Assembly: GCA_964483725.1 (NCBI GenBank)
Contig: CAZACQ010000003.1
Coordinates: 1 to 58,430 of the forward strand
Reading direction: 5' to 3'
Origin: an uncultured Candidatus Peribacteria bacterium
Lineage (GTDB): Bacteria > Patescibacteriota > Gracilibacteria > Absconditabacterales > Absconditicoccaceae
Length of the DNA stretch: 58,430 nt
Numbering within the stretch: position 1 is the first letter of the stretch; each line of letters opens with the position of its first letter. This document shows positions 22,536 to 35,690 of this stretch, one piece after another. The notes under the pieces were generated by a model. That model worked only from the letters and a program-made list of their open reading frames with translations. It was not told where the DNA came from and did no database searches. The position numbers and the translations under genes are program-made.

Positions 22536-23546
22536 CTATTTCACAATATCCCAGTGTCAAGGATAGGACTGGAAAATATATCAATTGATTTCAAGCATAG
22601 ATAATTTATTCAACAAACTTGAATCATCAAAGCCTGTATCAATAACAAGCAAATCTAGAGTATTATTTCAGTTGATTATAGAATTCACAATCAGCTGATC
22701 TTCTTTTGATAAAGAGTCAAAAAAAGAATTTTTAATTGTCTTTTCACTTCAAGTATTCAATTTAAGACTATCCTCAACAAATAAATTTAGATCATAAACC
22801 AAGTTAACTTTTCACTTTCAAATATATTCATTAATTCAAGAACTATAAACAGAATATATAGAATTTGGAGTTGCATATACTGGAACATTTGATTTATTTG
22901 CAAAATCAACCGTAATCAGACTACCTGATTTTTCTCAAGCCTCAGGCAAAAATAAAAAATCAGAAATTCATGCTATAATTCTATTTCTTTGAGGGAAGGT
23001 ATAATGAGTTGGTTTTTGTTTTATTTTAAACTCTGAAAGTATCAATCAGTTATTAGCAATTATATCATTTATGAGTGATCTATCAGAACTATTTAAAAAG
23101 TGATTAAAGCCTCATCATAATACAGATATTGTAGGAATATTATATTTTATAGATAAGTTATGTACTTTTTTATCAACTCAATTAGCAAGTCATGATACAG
23201 TAACTATATCCTTGAATCTGGATAATTTTGAAAACAATTCTTCAAGTACTTTTTCTGCATATGAAGACATTTTTCTAGGTCAAACAATAGATAGCAAATT
23301 TGGACTATTTAAAATACCATAGTTTCAAATATAATAAACAATATAAGGCTTTGATTTAATTTTTTCTAGTCTGTAATGATAGTTTTCTGTTCAATCTAAA
23401 CAAAATCATATTTTGTTTTTTTCAAAATATTCAACAACTTTGGTATATTCATAAGAATCCAAATTATAAGAATTATTTTTTAGCTTGGATATTTTAATAT
23501 CATCATACAAACTATATAAACATGCCTTTTTGTAAGAAAGATCCAT
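22536..23546 (-). CDS. dprA: DNA processing protein DprA/Smf
   Basis: ATG 23546 to TAG 22536 (336 aa). Motifs are IVGPRKMSSYA, VSGLANGVDKKVH, TISVLGGGF, FPQRNRIIAGIS and EAGEKSGSLITVDFA. Confidence 0.85.
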
Positions 23547-23690
23547 TATATTAAAATATATATAAAATAAAACTATAAATAAAGTCTTAATATAAAAAAA
23601 ATATATAAAAATCAATACTAAATTATATTGTAAATAAAAAACAAATTTGTAAAATGAAGATAATTATTTTTTAAAATTAAAAATCAAAAA

Positions 23691-25607
23691 ATGAAAATAA
23701 TATTATGACTAGTTATTACTATTTTATTACATCTGTCAAACACATATGCTAATTGGACATATCCAGTACAAGAAGTTAGTAAACCTAGTGTTGATTGTAA
23801 ATTTCAGCCTTGGAGCGAACATTCACAAGATTGTAAAGTCACATTACCAATAATAGAAAATGCAAATTATACAAGATATAAAGACAATATGGATTATCGT
23901 TTGATTTATTCTGTACTTTGGTGAGCAACATATAAATGAGGTTGGGATGTATGATATTGATGACATTGATGAATAGACATAGCTTCTGCTCAATGAACAC
24001 CACTTTATAGTATATTAGATTGAGTTGTAGAAACAGCAAGTTTTTTGGCTTGATGGTGAAATACAGTAGTTATAAGACATGAGCACAACTGATGATATAT
24101 CAGATCTGTATATACACACATGCATAATATTCAAACTAATCAATGACAAAGAGTAAGTGCTTGAGATAGAATATGAACTATATGAACAACTGGTAACAGC
24201 CGGGGTAACCATGTACATTTCCAAATTGATATAAATCAAGATTGAAATCATCCGTGGTATTATCAAAATTGTTGATGATCAAATGCTGATATAGTTAATT
24301 CAGGAGAATGCAGAGACCAGTTACTTAGAAATACTACTGACCCTATTAGATTTTTGGAAACAAATTGAGCATCATTAAGTCTACCAACAACAGAAGAAGA
24401 AGAGCAACAACTAGTTGAAGATACAAAACAAGAAGAAGAGAAAATTACACAAGATGAAATTGAAACTAGAGAAAGAATAATGCTTACTGAACTTGAGTTA
24501 TTCTTGGCTAGATATCCTATGGAAACTAGATCAAATATAAGTGCAAACACAATGAGTGTCTGAGAAAGTTGAACAATAGATTTAAGTGTAAGTTATAGAA
24601 ATAGACCATTCAACTGATCTTTACCAATGTCTCTTGAAATGGAATACAATGATGATATTATTCAAGTATCACCTAGAAAATTGATTGCAATACAAGATTG
24701 AAATAGAGAGATAAATATTAATGCAGTATCAGAATGAGAAACAAGATTAATAATGAAAATTTGATGAAAAATAATTGCTAATTACTTAATTAGAGTTGTA
24801 GAAGACTGAACTGTATTAAATGCAGCTAGATGAATAATTTATAATTTATGAACAAATTATATTTGATGAGAAAATGATTGATTGGTAGTTATGCAAGATG
24901 CAAATAATAACAATATAGTTTCTGTTCCTTATGAATGAAATTTCACTCTTGAAACAAATGAAAATTTAAAAATCTGTAATCCTGAAATAACAAGCAGGAG
25001 AGAAATTCAAAGTATAAATAACTTTGAATGCTGACCAGAAAATTGGGAAGATAGTATTAGTTTTTCATATAATGATACACTAGAATGACTATTTATATAT
25101 AAAATTAGAGCAGTAAATACATGACAGTGAATAATAGAGCTATATAAATGAAATGATAGGATTTGAAGAAGTAGTCCAAAGAATATTCAAAGACCAGTAG
25201 ATATAAACTTCAATACTGAATATAAAGATAGTATTTTAAACTGATTAAAAAGATGATTTATTGATAATTCAAGAAACTGAAATTTTGCTCCAGGTTTCAG
25301 AATTAATGAACAAGATGCAGCAAGCTGGATAAAAAATACATTCCCAGTTGCAAGAGATTATGAAGGATCTAGAGCTAAACAAATGACAAGATTAGATTTT
25401 ATGAAACTTTTAAATGAGATGACATCATTGGAAGCTCAGAATCTAGAGAGACAGTTTCGGGATATTGGTCAAGAGAATAGAAAATATTCAAACATATTAT
25501 TAGACTATTGAGTAGAACTAGATGATCATAGTCATAGATATTTTCAACCAGATAAATGAATAACAAGATGAGAAGTAGCCCATATATTAAATAGCCTGAG
25601 AAGATAA
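23691..25607 (+). CDS. secreted M23 (LytM-type) metallopeptidase with long C-terminal extension
   Basis: ATG 23691 to TAA 25605..25607 (638 aa). Signal peptide present. Motif region is GGHGGIDIA..GTPLYSILDGVV...GNTVVIRH...YTHM...GDRIGTIGTTGNSRGNHVHFQID. The C-terminal end ITRGEVAHILNSL is SLH-like. Track ORFs 24015..24550(-) are antisense artefacts. Confidence 0.85.
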
Positions 25608-25638
25608 TTTATATATTACATAAAAAAAATTATAAGAA

Positions 25639-26496
25639 ATGAAAATAATTGAAATCCTTGGAGATCCTAAAGTAAAATATAAAAAAGTTATTGAAAAAAT
25701 TATTTGCAAAGAATTGTCAATTAGTAAAGAAGAATTTTTCAAAAATTATGATACAAATATTGATGAAAATAAATACAATAAAATAATGAATATGTATTAT
25801 GAATATCAAGAAGGCAAAAAACCTCTAGAGTATATATTATGATATGTTGAATTCATGTGATTAAAATTTAAAGTAAATACAGATACACTAATTCCTCGTC
25901 CAGAAACTGAATATATGATACAAGCAATAAATGAATATATACAAAAAGAAAAAAAAGATGTGAATATTATAGATGTATGAACTTGATCATGAGTTTTATG
26001 AATAAGTAGTTCTTATCATAATAAAAAGTATGTAAATGAAGTTTTACTTATGGATATATCCGAAAAAGCTTTGGATATAGCAAAACAAAATTACAATAAA
26101 ATAATAAACACTACAAAAAATCTAAATATAAAAAAATCAAACTTACTTGAATATTTTATACAAAATTTAAAAAAATATGATAATAAAGAAAATATAATAA
26201 TTGGAAATCTACCATATATCCCAGATACAACATTTGATTCTGATGTTGAAGATAATGTAAAACTACGAGAACCAAGAATTGCATTTGTATGATGAGATGA
26301 TTGACTTGATTTATACAGACAAATGTTTGCCCAAATAATAAATATTGGCATAGACAAAATAAATTTCACTATGTTTTTAGAAATGATGACTGATCAAATT
26401 GATATATTAAGAAAAGAATATTGAGATATTTTTAGATTTGAAGAAATTAAAACTTTCCATTTTAATATAAAAATTTTAAAAGTTACTAAAGTTTAG
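25639..26496 (+). CDS. prmC: release-factor glutamine N5-methyltransferase PrmC/HemK
   Basis: ATG 25639 to TAG 26494..26496 (285 aa). Motifs are KPLEYILGYVEFMGLKFKV..DTLIPRPETE and DVGTGSGV. Motif IV reads GNLPYI instead of NPPY. Confidence 0.8.
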
Positions 26497-28315
26497 ACTC
26501 CAAAAAATCTAATAAATAATCCATATTATCAATTTCAAGAAATTTTTTTATATCATATAATATTTTATATTTATAATCAAATTCAGCTATAACTTTATTG
26601 GTTGGGTTAAAACTTGGTATAAGTAATTCAAAAGAAAGCAACGAAATAATCTGATCAACTTTTTCATTTAAAAACTTAATCCTTATTTCCTTATCATTTT
26701 TATTTGATGAATAAAGTCAAGCTTTTCTATTTTTATCAATTTTTAAAGAATTGTGAAATCAATACATAAACAATACAAACTTTTGTCTTTTTATTTCTAT
26801 CTGAAAATGGTAAACCCTTCTTAAGAAACCTAAAACATCATCTGGGCTAACTTCATCCTTGTTCATAATCTTTCATAAATATTTTTCTAAATCTTTAATT
26901 GAATAGATAAAAGACTTAAATGGCTGAATTAATAACTTATTCTCTAACAAATCTAAATTAACAGATAAGTTTTTTTTAAAATCTTTTATCATAGAAAAAT
27001 TAGTATCCCAAAATTCTAATAAAGCATCATTATCATTTTCTTCTATGCTTGATTTTAGAGCAGAATCATCAAAATTAGATATTAAATTATCTTTAAAATT
27101 TTTATGTATATTTAAAGTAATATTAAGTGGCCTAGAAACTAATTCTAAAGATTCTCTTAATTTCAAAAGAATTGATGTTTCCTGTCAATTAAGAACATTT
27201 ATTCTATCTTTTAGTTTATTACTTAATCATTTAAATCTAGAATAATCAATTAATGGGTTTTTTCATTTTGATGATATTAACTTTTCTAAAGAATCAAAAG
27301 CAAATCATAAATTATAATTTTTTAAATTTGAAAGTACTGAAAAATATAAGTTCTGAGAAAAATTATCAAAATCTCTACTGCTTATAGTTAAACCTGAAAT
27401 CAATTCAAAAGCATCGTTACTTAAAAAAGCTATTTCATCTTTTTGGTCTTTTATGGAGGATAAGGTATAATATTGTGATCTTATAAAAGAATATATATCA
27501 TCATAAATATGTAAGCTGTTCTTATAGTTTGGCTTTCTCTTATTAAATTCATCATAATAATTAGCAGCAGATACCAAAAATATTTTACCATCAGAAATAT
27601 CAGCTTCTTTATCTATAATACAAGCTCTTGCAGAAGCTCATTTTGAAAGATTTATTGGATATGCTGATTTAATAAGCTCTTTTATATAAGGTATCAAATC
27701 AAGTTTAATTTTGTTAATAGAATACTTTATAGATTCTTTTTCTACTAATCTACTTGCATTATTATAAGCTTGTATAAGTTTGGAAAATTCAGAATTACTT
27801 CACAAAATCTTCAAAAGAAACTCATTATTTAAATTATTAGGATCAATTACTATCAAATCAATATAGCTATTTTCTAGACTATTTGAAATATTATCATCTG
27901 GTAAATAATAATAATCTAAATAATTAGAAAATATTAACTGATATAAATAAAACCTTCTCTTAGGAATAGAATTTAATTTTTGCTTTGCTATAGATTTATC
28001 TAAATGTCAGCTCTTCTCTAAATCACTAGAATCTGCTTCCTTTCTTTGTGAAGAAACTTCTCTTTGACAAAGTAGAAAGTTATCTTTTTTTAATTTTTCA
28101 AGAAGCAATGAATCAATCAAAGATTTTTTTCTTTGAGATAAAGATATATACCACTCTTTTGATTGAATAACAGAAAGTAAATCTTGAGGATCTGTATCAT
28201 CAAAATTATCTATGACTTCCCTTCTTGTTTTCACAATATTTTTTACTATGTCAGTATCATTTAACTTTCTTATTTTTGTGCTTATCCTAGAATTAATATA
28301 ATCTAAATTTTTCAT
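26486..28315 (-). CDS. hypothetical protein (609 aa)
   Basis: ATG 28315 to TAG 26486. Track fragments 28007..28315, 27305..27577 and 26873..27166 share this one frame. The 3' part was scanned and is stop-free. It overlaps the prmC end by 11 nt. Confidence 0.65.
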
Positions 28316-28476
28316 ACAAAATGTTTAAATATAAATTGAATGATATATAATTATATTTTAAAATTTGTCAACCAATTGTAGATATTTAAATTATAAAACT
28401 TTTTATAAACAATTGCTTGAAGCATAACAATTTTTCATTATAAACCATATATATTTTATATTATTAATATTAAAAG

Positions 28477-28737
28477 ATGGCAGAAAAAATATTTTTTTGA
28501 AATGTAAAAGAAATGACAAATGATTACTGAACTATGTACAGTATATGAATAAGTAAAGATGATTTAGATAAATTGGTTTTCAATGAAAAATGATGGGCTA
28601 ATGTAAGCCTAAAAAAATCTAGTAAATGAAATTGGTATATGGAAATATATAATCCAGGAGGAAACCAAAGTCAATGACAACAAAGTCAAGCAAAAGAAGA
28701 AAGTAGTGTTGAAGAAGATGAAGACCTACCTTTCTAA
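28477..28737 (+). CDS. 86-aa protein with SSB-type acidic C-terminal tip (DEDLPF)
   Basis: ATG 28477 to TAA 28735..28737. Sequence MAEKIFFGNVKEMTNDYGTMYSIGISKDDLDKLVFNEKGWANVSLKKSSKGNWYMEIYNPGGNQSQGQQSQAKEESSVEEDEDLPF. Confidence 0.6.
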
Positions 28738-28753
28738 TAAAAGAATGAATAAT

Positions 28754-28786
28754 AAAAAACACTCTAAGTATTTAGAGTGTTTTTTT
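28754..28786. terminator. bidirectional intrinsic terminator
   Basis: AAAAAACACTCTAA-GTAT-TTAGAGTGTTTTTT lies between convergent 28477..28737(+) and 28785..29378(-). Confidence 0.7.
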
Positions 28787-29378
28787 ATAAAAAGATAAAT
28801 ATAATCCAATAAAATAGTATAATATCAATTATGAAAGCTAAACTCAATAATACTACTATTTTTCTATCATATGAAAATAATTTTAATAAATAAACAAATA
28901 ATATAGTATTTAATAATATTAAAAGTGAAAAAATAATATAACTAGTAATATAATCTTCTCAAGAATCTTCAACAGGATTAGTAGAAGCTACAGATACTGA
29001 ATCATCAAAACGAGCCTCTTGCATTAATCAAGCTTCTTCCTCACTTTTATCTTCTTCTAAAGACATAGTTCAAAATTGTGCCGCATCTTCAGTTCAATAG
29101 CTTTCTTCATGTGGCTGAGATAAGTCTGTAACTTCTTCTGATTGGGTATAAGTAAAATTATCAATTTGATTATCCAAATCAATATGTATGTATAAAAGAG
29201 TTAAAACTAATATAGCAGAAATTGGTACTGAATAATATTTTTTAAATTTAGCAAAAAAGCTTGTCTTTGAATTCTTTTTAAGTGAATTATAAAAAATTTC
29301 CTTTTTGTATTCATCAGAAAGTTTAATAATTTTATAATTATCTTCATTTAAAATATCTGATAATTTTATTTTTTTCAT
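28785..29378 (-). CDS. membrane protein downstream of ECF sigma (putative anti-sigma factor)
   Basis: ATG 29378 to TAA 28785 (197 aa). It has one central TM helix and a C-terminal hydrophobic segment. It starts 20 nt after the sigma gene stop. The anti-sigma call rests on position only. Confidence 0.45.
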
Positions 29379-29397
29379 AAATCATTAAAAATTATTA

Positions 29398-30081
29398 CTA
29401 TAAATCAAATTCACTATCTATCATAATTGCATCCTTAAGAAGCTCATTTTTTTCTATTATATCTTTTATCTTTTTTCTAGCTCTTGATAAATTTGTTCAA
29501 ACTGCAGCTTTAGATATTCACATAATGTATGATATCTCATCATAGGATTTTTGTTCAAAATAAGACAACAAGACTACCTGCCTATATTTATAGTCTAAGG
29601 AATCCAATATTTTAAATAAAAGCTCTTTTTTGTAAGAAGATTCCAAATCATTATCATCAAAATCCTCTCATATATTATACGAAATATCATCCAAAGAACT
29701 TTCACTTAAATTATTTTTATTTTTTCTTATCCAATCCAAGCAACAATTATGAGCTACTCTATAAAGCCAAGGTTCAAATTTTTGAGTATTATCAAATTTA
29801 TCTATTTTTTGTAAAACATGAAAAAAAACATCTTGTGTAAGGTCAGAAGTAATATTTTTATCAAAATTAAAATGATAATAAATATATCTATAAATTTTAT
29901 CTCAATATCTATCTATTATTAAATAAAAATCATTCTTATTTCATTTCAAAATTGAATCAATCACATCATTATCACTATATGACTCAAAATTAGAATCTTT
30001 ATCAAAAAAATCAAAACTAAATTTTACTATAGATCAAGAATGATATCATAAAATATCTGTAATTCAAATCTGGTAGCTCAT
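29398..30081 (-). CDS. ECF-type sigma-70 family RNA polymerase sigma factor
   Basis: ATG 30081 to TAG 29398 (227 aa). Region 2 is FEPWLYRVAHNCCLDWIRK. Region 4 is YRQVVLLSYFEQKSYDEISYIMGISKAAVGTNLSRARKKI. Confidence 0.8.
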
Positions 30082-30105
30082 TTTGAACTTAAAATAGTTA
30101 ATAAA

Positions 30106-32541
30106 TTAGACTCATACCTTATAATAAATTTCTTTTTCCACTAAATCTTTTTTTCTTCACCATTTTAAAGCAGAAATTTCTTTAATTACATCAATCTTCT
30201 CTGGATCATTAATAGGCTTAGTATAAGGATTTATTGGAGCAATACTAAAAGGTCTAGTTGGTTGGGTATCTACAGAAAGCCTCATAACTCCCTTAAATTT
30301 ATCCATATTAACTAAGTCTGACTTACTAAATTCAGGTGAAAAAACTCTTTCAAGAAATTCAGCATCTTCAGGTCAAACTTTATATGACATAATACTTCAA
30401 ACATTACCAAAAATAGCTTTTGAAAGATCTAGATCTCATCATAAACCATGAGATTTTAGCTGATCAATATATTGATGTGCAATAGTAAGTCATAACTTAT
30501 ATTTTCTTGCCTCAGAAAGTATACTTTCAATAGACTGACTTACATAATTTTGAAACTCATCTATATACAAATAAAATGGTACTCTGTCCTTTTCAGGTAT
30601 ACTGGCTCTTTGCAAAGCTGCTACTTTTACTTGAGTTGTAATAATTCTTCAAATAAGTTCACTATTAATTTCTCATAATTTTCACTTACTTAGATTAACT
30701 AATATAACTTTTCATTCTTGCATTGCATCAGCCATTTTGAAAGAAGATTCAGTCTGTCAAATTATATTTCTTATTATTGGTGTAGTAGTAAATTGTCAAA
30801 ATTTAGCTTGAAAAAAAGGAATAGCTTCGGCTTTTTCTCTATCTCACATAGCAGCATATGTTTTTTCCCACCAATTTCTTACCACAGGATTTTTTACATT
30901 TTTTAATTTAACTTTTTGAAATGCTTCATCAGCAAACAATCTAACAATCTCAACCATAGTTCAACCATCAGGTTGATCCATCAAAGTCAATGCACCATTT
31001 CTAAAATAATCCTGAATTCTAGGACCAAATATCTCATGACCATATAAGTTTATAAACATATCAACCAAATCACTAACTACAACATCTTTTTGCTCTTCTG
31101 TTTCTGCTTCAAAAGCATTAAGACCTATAGGATAATCAAAATTTGCTGCATCAAAATATATTAAATCATTAATTCTTTCTTTTGGAAAATGCGATAGTAA
31201 TCATTCACATAAATCACCATGAGGATCAATTAGACAAAATCATCTATTATTTATCAAATCATCCTTTGCTTGAACCATAAGCATAGTAGATTTACCAGTA
31301 CCAGTTTGTCATATACAATAAAAATGTCTAAATCTATCTTCAGGTTGTATTTTTATCTCTTTATTTACTCATGAGTACAAATTATTTCATATCATAAGTC
31401 AATCAGAAGGCACATTATCAGGTGCAGGTACTATTTTAAAATTTTGCCACTTAATTCTTGGGTTTTTATTAAATTTTCAATGAGGAAAATGATACAAAGA
31501 AGCTAGCTCTTTCATATTAAGTATTTGTCAATTATTTCAAGACATAATATTAGAATAGTTTGTTTGCAAACTTACAGATGATCTAGCTATATAATCTTTC
31601 ACAAATCAATCTGTATCTTTAGATATAGATAATTTTATTTTATTCAATCATGTATAATTAAACTGACTCATAGACCTTTCTAAGTCTTTTAATATATTTT
31701 TTGACCTTTTAGGATCTGGACTTATAGATAAAGCTCTAATTTTAACCATAAACAACTCTCATTCTGTTTTTGCATCAATATCCTGAGTTTGAGATTGAGT
31801 ATATTTACTCTTTTTTTCTTCTCATCACTCTCATTCAGAAGATTCAGAATAGTCAAATAATTTCTTTATAAATCAAAATATAGAAAATCATGATTTTGTT
31901 TTTGCATTTTCTACTTTTTCAGAAAACTCAGACTGTTTATCATCAGGAAGTGGTGTTACAACAAATTGCAATGCAAGCTTTTCCTCCCAGTTTACTTTAG
32001 AGAAAGAAGAAAGAATACTATCCATTGGATCTACTTCAAAATTATCATAAGTTTTAATAGGTAAAGTATCTTCTTTGGCTAATTTGATCTCTCCACCTAC
32101 TGCAAATTTTCATGCATCTAATATTTTAACCTGATCAATTTTATCTACAACAGATCATGGATAAAAAGATGATATTAGTTTTTCAAATGTTTCAACATAG
32201 TCAGAAGGAACTCATATTATAAAATTTATCATTTCCTTCTCCACTATCATTTCTAGACTTATGAAATATTGTCAGAACTTATCACTCTTAAAACTTCAGT
32301 CATATATTGAAGAAAAATTTTTATAAAGCTGATTCATTATCTCAACATTTTGTTTCATTGAAGATATATGATCATCTCATTCTCAATCAGACTCTTTACG
32401 AGGTATTTTTATTTGAAGAAATTTAAGTTCTTTTGACTTTTCTTCAATATTTTTAACAACAAAATAAAAATGTATATATTTTATAACAAAATAGGATACT
32501 AAAAAAACTATAAAGAAAATTATTAAGTAAGCTAATAGCAT
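30106..32541 (-). CDS. VirD4/TraD/TrwB-like P-loop ATPase (type IV secretion coupling-protein family) with N-terminal TM helix
   Basis: ATG 32541 to TAA 30106 (811 aa). Every codon in the frame was checked and there is no TAA/TAG. Walker A is CIGQTGTGKST. Walker B is PFYLYIDEFQNY. LTIAHQYIDQL is also present. Confidence 0.75.
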
Positions 32542-32617
32542 TTAGTTATATTTTTGACTAAAATTAATTTACATTGTAACTATTTTTATTTTTTTTTCAA
32601 ATATTTTTAATAGTATA

Positions 32618-33082
32618 TTAAGACTTGTAATACAACTTTTTATTAAGTTCCCACATAAATATAGCAGATGTTTGTCAAACATTCAAAGACTCTTTTTTTC
32701 ACAACATATCAATATGAATGATATCATCTACAAACTCCAATGTTTCTTCTAAAACTCAAGTAAGTTCATTTCAAAAAACTATTCAAAAATCATTATAATC
32801 TAAATTATAGTTTAATAAATTCTTTGAAGTTCATTTAACTATTTCAGCAGCTAACAGATTTCAATATTTTGATTTAATAAAATCATTTGCTTTTTTAGTA
32901 TTATAAAAAGTTTTTATATTTACTGATTTTTCTGAACCCAAAGCTGTCTTACTAACTCAAATCTTATCTGGTCAGGGAGTATATCAAGATATTAGCACAT
33001 CATATCACAATGCATCAGCAGTCCTTATAATATTACCCACATTATAACAGCTACGAATATTTTCTAATACTACGGCAGGCAT
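32618..33082 (-). CDS. SpoU/TrmH-family RNA 2'-O-methyltransferase
   Basis: ATG 33082 to TAA 32618 (154 aa). Motifs are NVGNIIRTADALGYD, IVFGNELTGV and IDMLGKKESLNVGQTSAIFMWE. Confidence 0.8.
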
Positions 33083-33088
33083 GTATAA

Positions 33089-33835
33089 TTAACTTATCAT
33101 ACTAAAATATGCTGTATTTTTATCCATTCACAAATCTCTAGAATGAGAATAAATTAATGGAACTATATCTCTATTCATTTTTTTTGATAATAATGAAAAA
33201 GTTTTAAGAAGAGTTAGATTATTAGTAACAGAATTATTAATTTTCTTAAGATCATGATCTACTATAGCTTCTGATAATTTTTTATCTGTTCAAGTTTTAT
33301 TTTTAAAATCATCATATAAATTACTAGAAAATATAATACCCAATGACTCATCTTTCTCAAGACTATCTTTTAGCAAATTTACAAGTTTTATATAATTTTT
33401 TTCATATCAAATAAATATAGGCAAAATAGAATCAAGTTTTTTTGAAGTTAATAAGAAAGGAAGTTGACAATCAATACTATCCATATTAATATCTTTTTCA
33501 ATTAACTCAAAACTTGAAACAGCACAAAATTTTTCTTTTAAATTAGAATTTATTCTTATATTTCATAACAAATTCATATAGTTTGAAATATTAGGTGTTC
33601 ATATTCATTTTATCTCATTTGAATTTCATATTATTATAAATTTATTTAAATTTTTATTATTTGCCAAATAGTTATATCAAGACGATATATTAGTTCAAAC
33701 ATATACATAAGCCTCATCAGGAGACAAAATAATTCTAGTATCATTCTTTGGAAAAGAATCAAATATATCATTAGTTGATAACATAAAATTTATTACCATC
33801 TCATGCAAAAGTTGTGGCGAATTAGGATAGTACAT
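33089..33835 (-). CDS. hypothetical protein (248 aa)
   Basis: ATG 33835 to TAA 33089, 7 nt upstream of the SpoU start. No family recognised. Confidence 0.6.
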
Positions 33836-33856
33836 AATATAAATTAATATATAAAT

Positions 33857-34390
33857 TTAATCTTTACAATTACTTATTAAGTTCAATACAAATTTATCAG
33901 CTAAACGGTACCTTCTGTTGAAATCTTCAAATTCCATGAAAACAACTCATACATTTTCAATATAATAATCATAAAATATCTCAGAAATATCTTGTTTGAT
34001 ACGATCAATAAATCAAGATTCACAATTTTTATAAACAACTACTATATCATAATCAATTTTATTTCAAAAAACTTTTCATAAGTAGTATTTATCTATCATA
34101 TTAAAATAAGAATCAAAAGACTTTTTAAGCTCAAACTCTAAACTATAAAGAAATATATTCCTAACCAAATCCTCTACTTCATTATTAAGATATATTGACC
34201 ACTTATTTGAATCTTTATCAATTTCTACTATTTGGGCATCTAATAAACTATCAATTTGCTTTTTAATAGCTGTAAAAGACCAATTTAAGTCAGACTCTAG
34301 AGCTCTAAGTGACACTCACTGCCTTTTAAAAAGTAAATATTTAATTATTCCTGCTCTAGTCTTACTACCTAAAAATTTTTCTATATTCAT
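33857..34390 (-). CDS. winged-helix (ArsR/MarR-like) DNA-binding protein with extra C-terminal domain
   Basis: ATG 34390 to TAA 33857 (177 aa). The N-terminus is KTRAGIIKYLLFKRQGVSLRALESDLNWSFTAIKKQIDSLLDAQIV. It extends track ORF 34076..34315 through TGA on both sides. Confidence 0.55.
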
Positions 34391-34427
34391 ATCAAAAAAA
34401 CTATTATTATATATAAAGATTTTTATC

Positions 34428-35690
34428 TTAGTCTTTCACAATATCTTCAAATATCAAGTTAGCTATAACTGCAATAGGTACAGATAAAACAATTCATACA
34501 AATCACATTAAAGAACCTCAGATAAGCATAGCAATTATTATCAATAAAGGACTAACTCATAAAGCCTGATTCATAACTAAAGGAACTAAAATATAATTTT
34601 CAAATCACTGTATTAATATGTATATCATAGCAATTATCAAAAATCAAACAAATCAATACTCTGAAATCGCAACTAAAAGTGCTGGAATAGCTCAAAGAAT
34701 AGGTCATATTATAGGTATAAATTCAGTTATTCAAGCTATCAATGCTAATGTAAACTTATTAGGTAAATCTATTCAAAACAATGCAACAGTATTTAGAAGA
34801 ATCAAAACTGTAATAAAAATAAATATACTCAATAGAAATTGTCATTTAAGCCAAAATCAAAGTTTTTTATAAAGTTTTTGTAATTTAACTATAACATAAT
34901 CTTTTTTTCAAGAAACTGAACCTATAAAATTCATAACTGAATCTTTTTGTGCAGAGAAGAATATAGCAAGCACAAACACTAATAATATTTGAAATATAGC
35001 AGAGAAAAATCAAGCAACTACACTTGCTGCTATAGAACCAACATCTCTTACAAATTCACCTCATTCAGAAATTAAGTCATTAAGGTTTTGCTGTAAATAA
35101 TCCTGAACTTCTGATATAATATCAACATTTTCTAATTGCTCAAGTATAACAGCCTGAATTAATCAAGGTAATATAGTGCTATTTTTTATCACTTCTTCTA
35201 GTCAGTAAGTTCTTATATCCTTTTCTATTCAAGCAACTATATCAATAAATGACTGCATAATATCTGCACTCTGTGCTAAGACAAAAGGAATTATAACAAC
35301 AAATCAACTAATTAATAATAACAAAAGCAATACATAAGAAAATATAATAGAAGCTATTCTAGGTATAAATTTTTGAAAAAAATCAATAACTACTTCCATA
35401 GCTATAGAAATAATATATGCAGCTATTATTAAGTACAACAATTCTAAAGAATTAAATAAGACATAAGCAATATATAAAACAAATATTCAAATCAACCAAA
35501 AAGTTAGAATATAACTTAAATCATATTTTTTTGTGGCTTCATCAATATAAGACTTTTTCTTTTCTTTAGTAACTGACTTATCTAACTGTTGAATTTCTTT
35601 AAGTTCCTGTTCTTTCTCTTTCTTTATCTTATTTGTCTTATGCCTTAAGTTCTTGATTACAGAATTAATTGGCCTTATAATTTTTCTCAT
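34428..35690 (-). CDS. AI-2E family transporter (PerM/UPF0118)
   Basis: ATG 35690 (alternative TTG 35723) to TAA 34428 (420 aa). Motifs are GLNGQ, AGITEFIPIIGPILGAIPA and QGFENYILVPLVMNQALGVSP. Confidence 0.8.
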
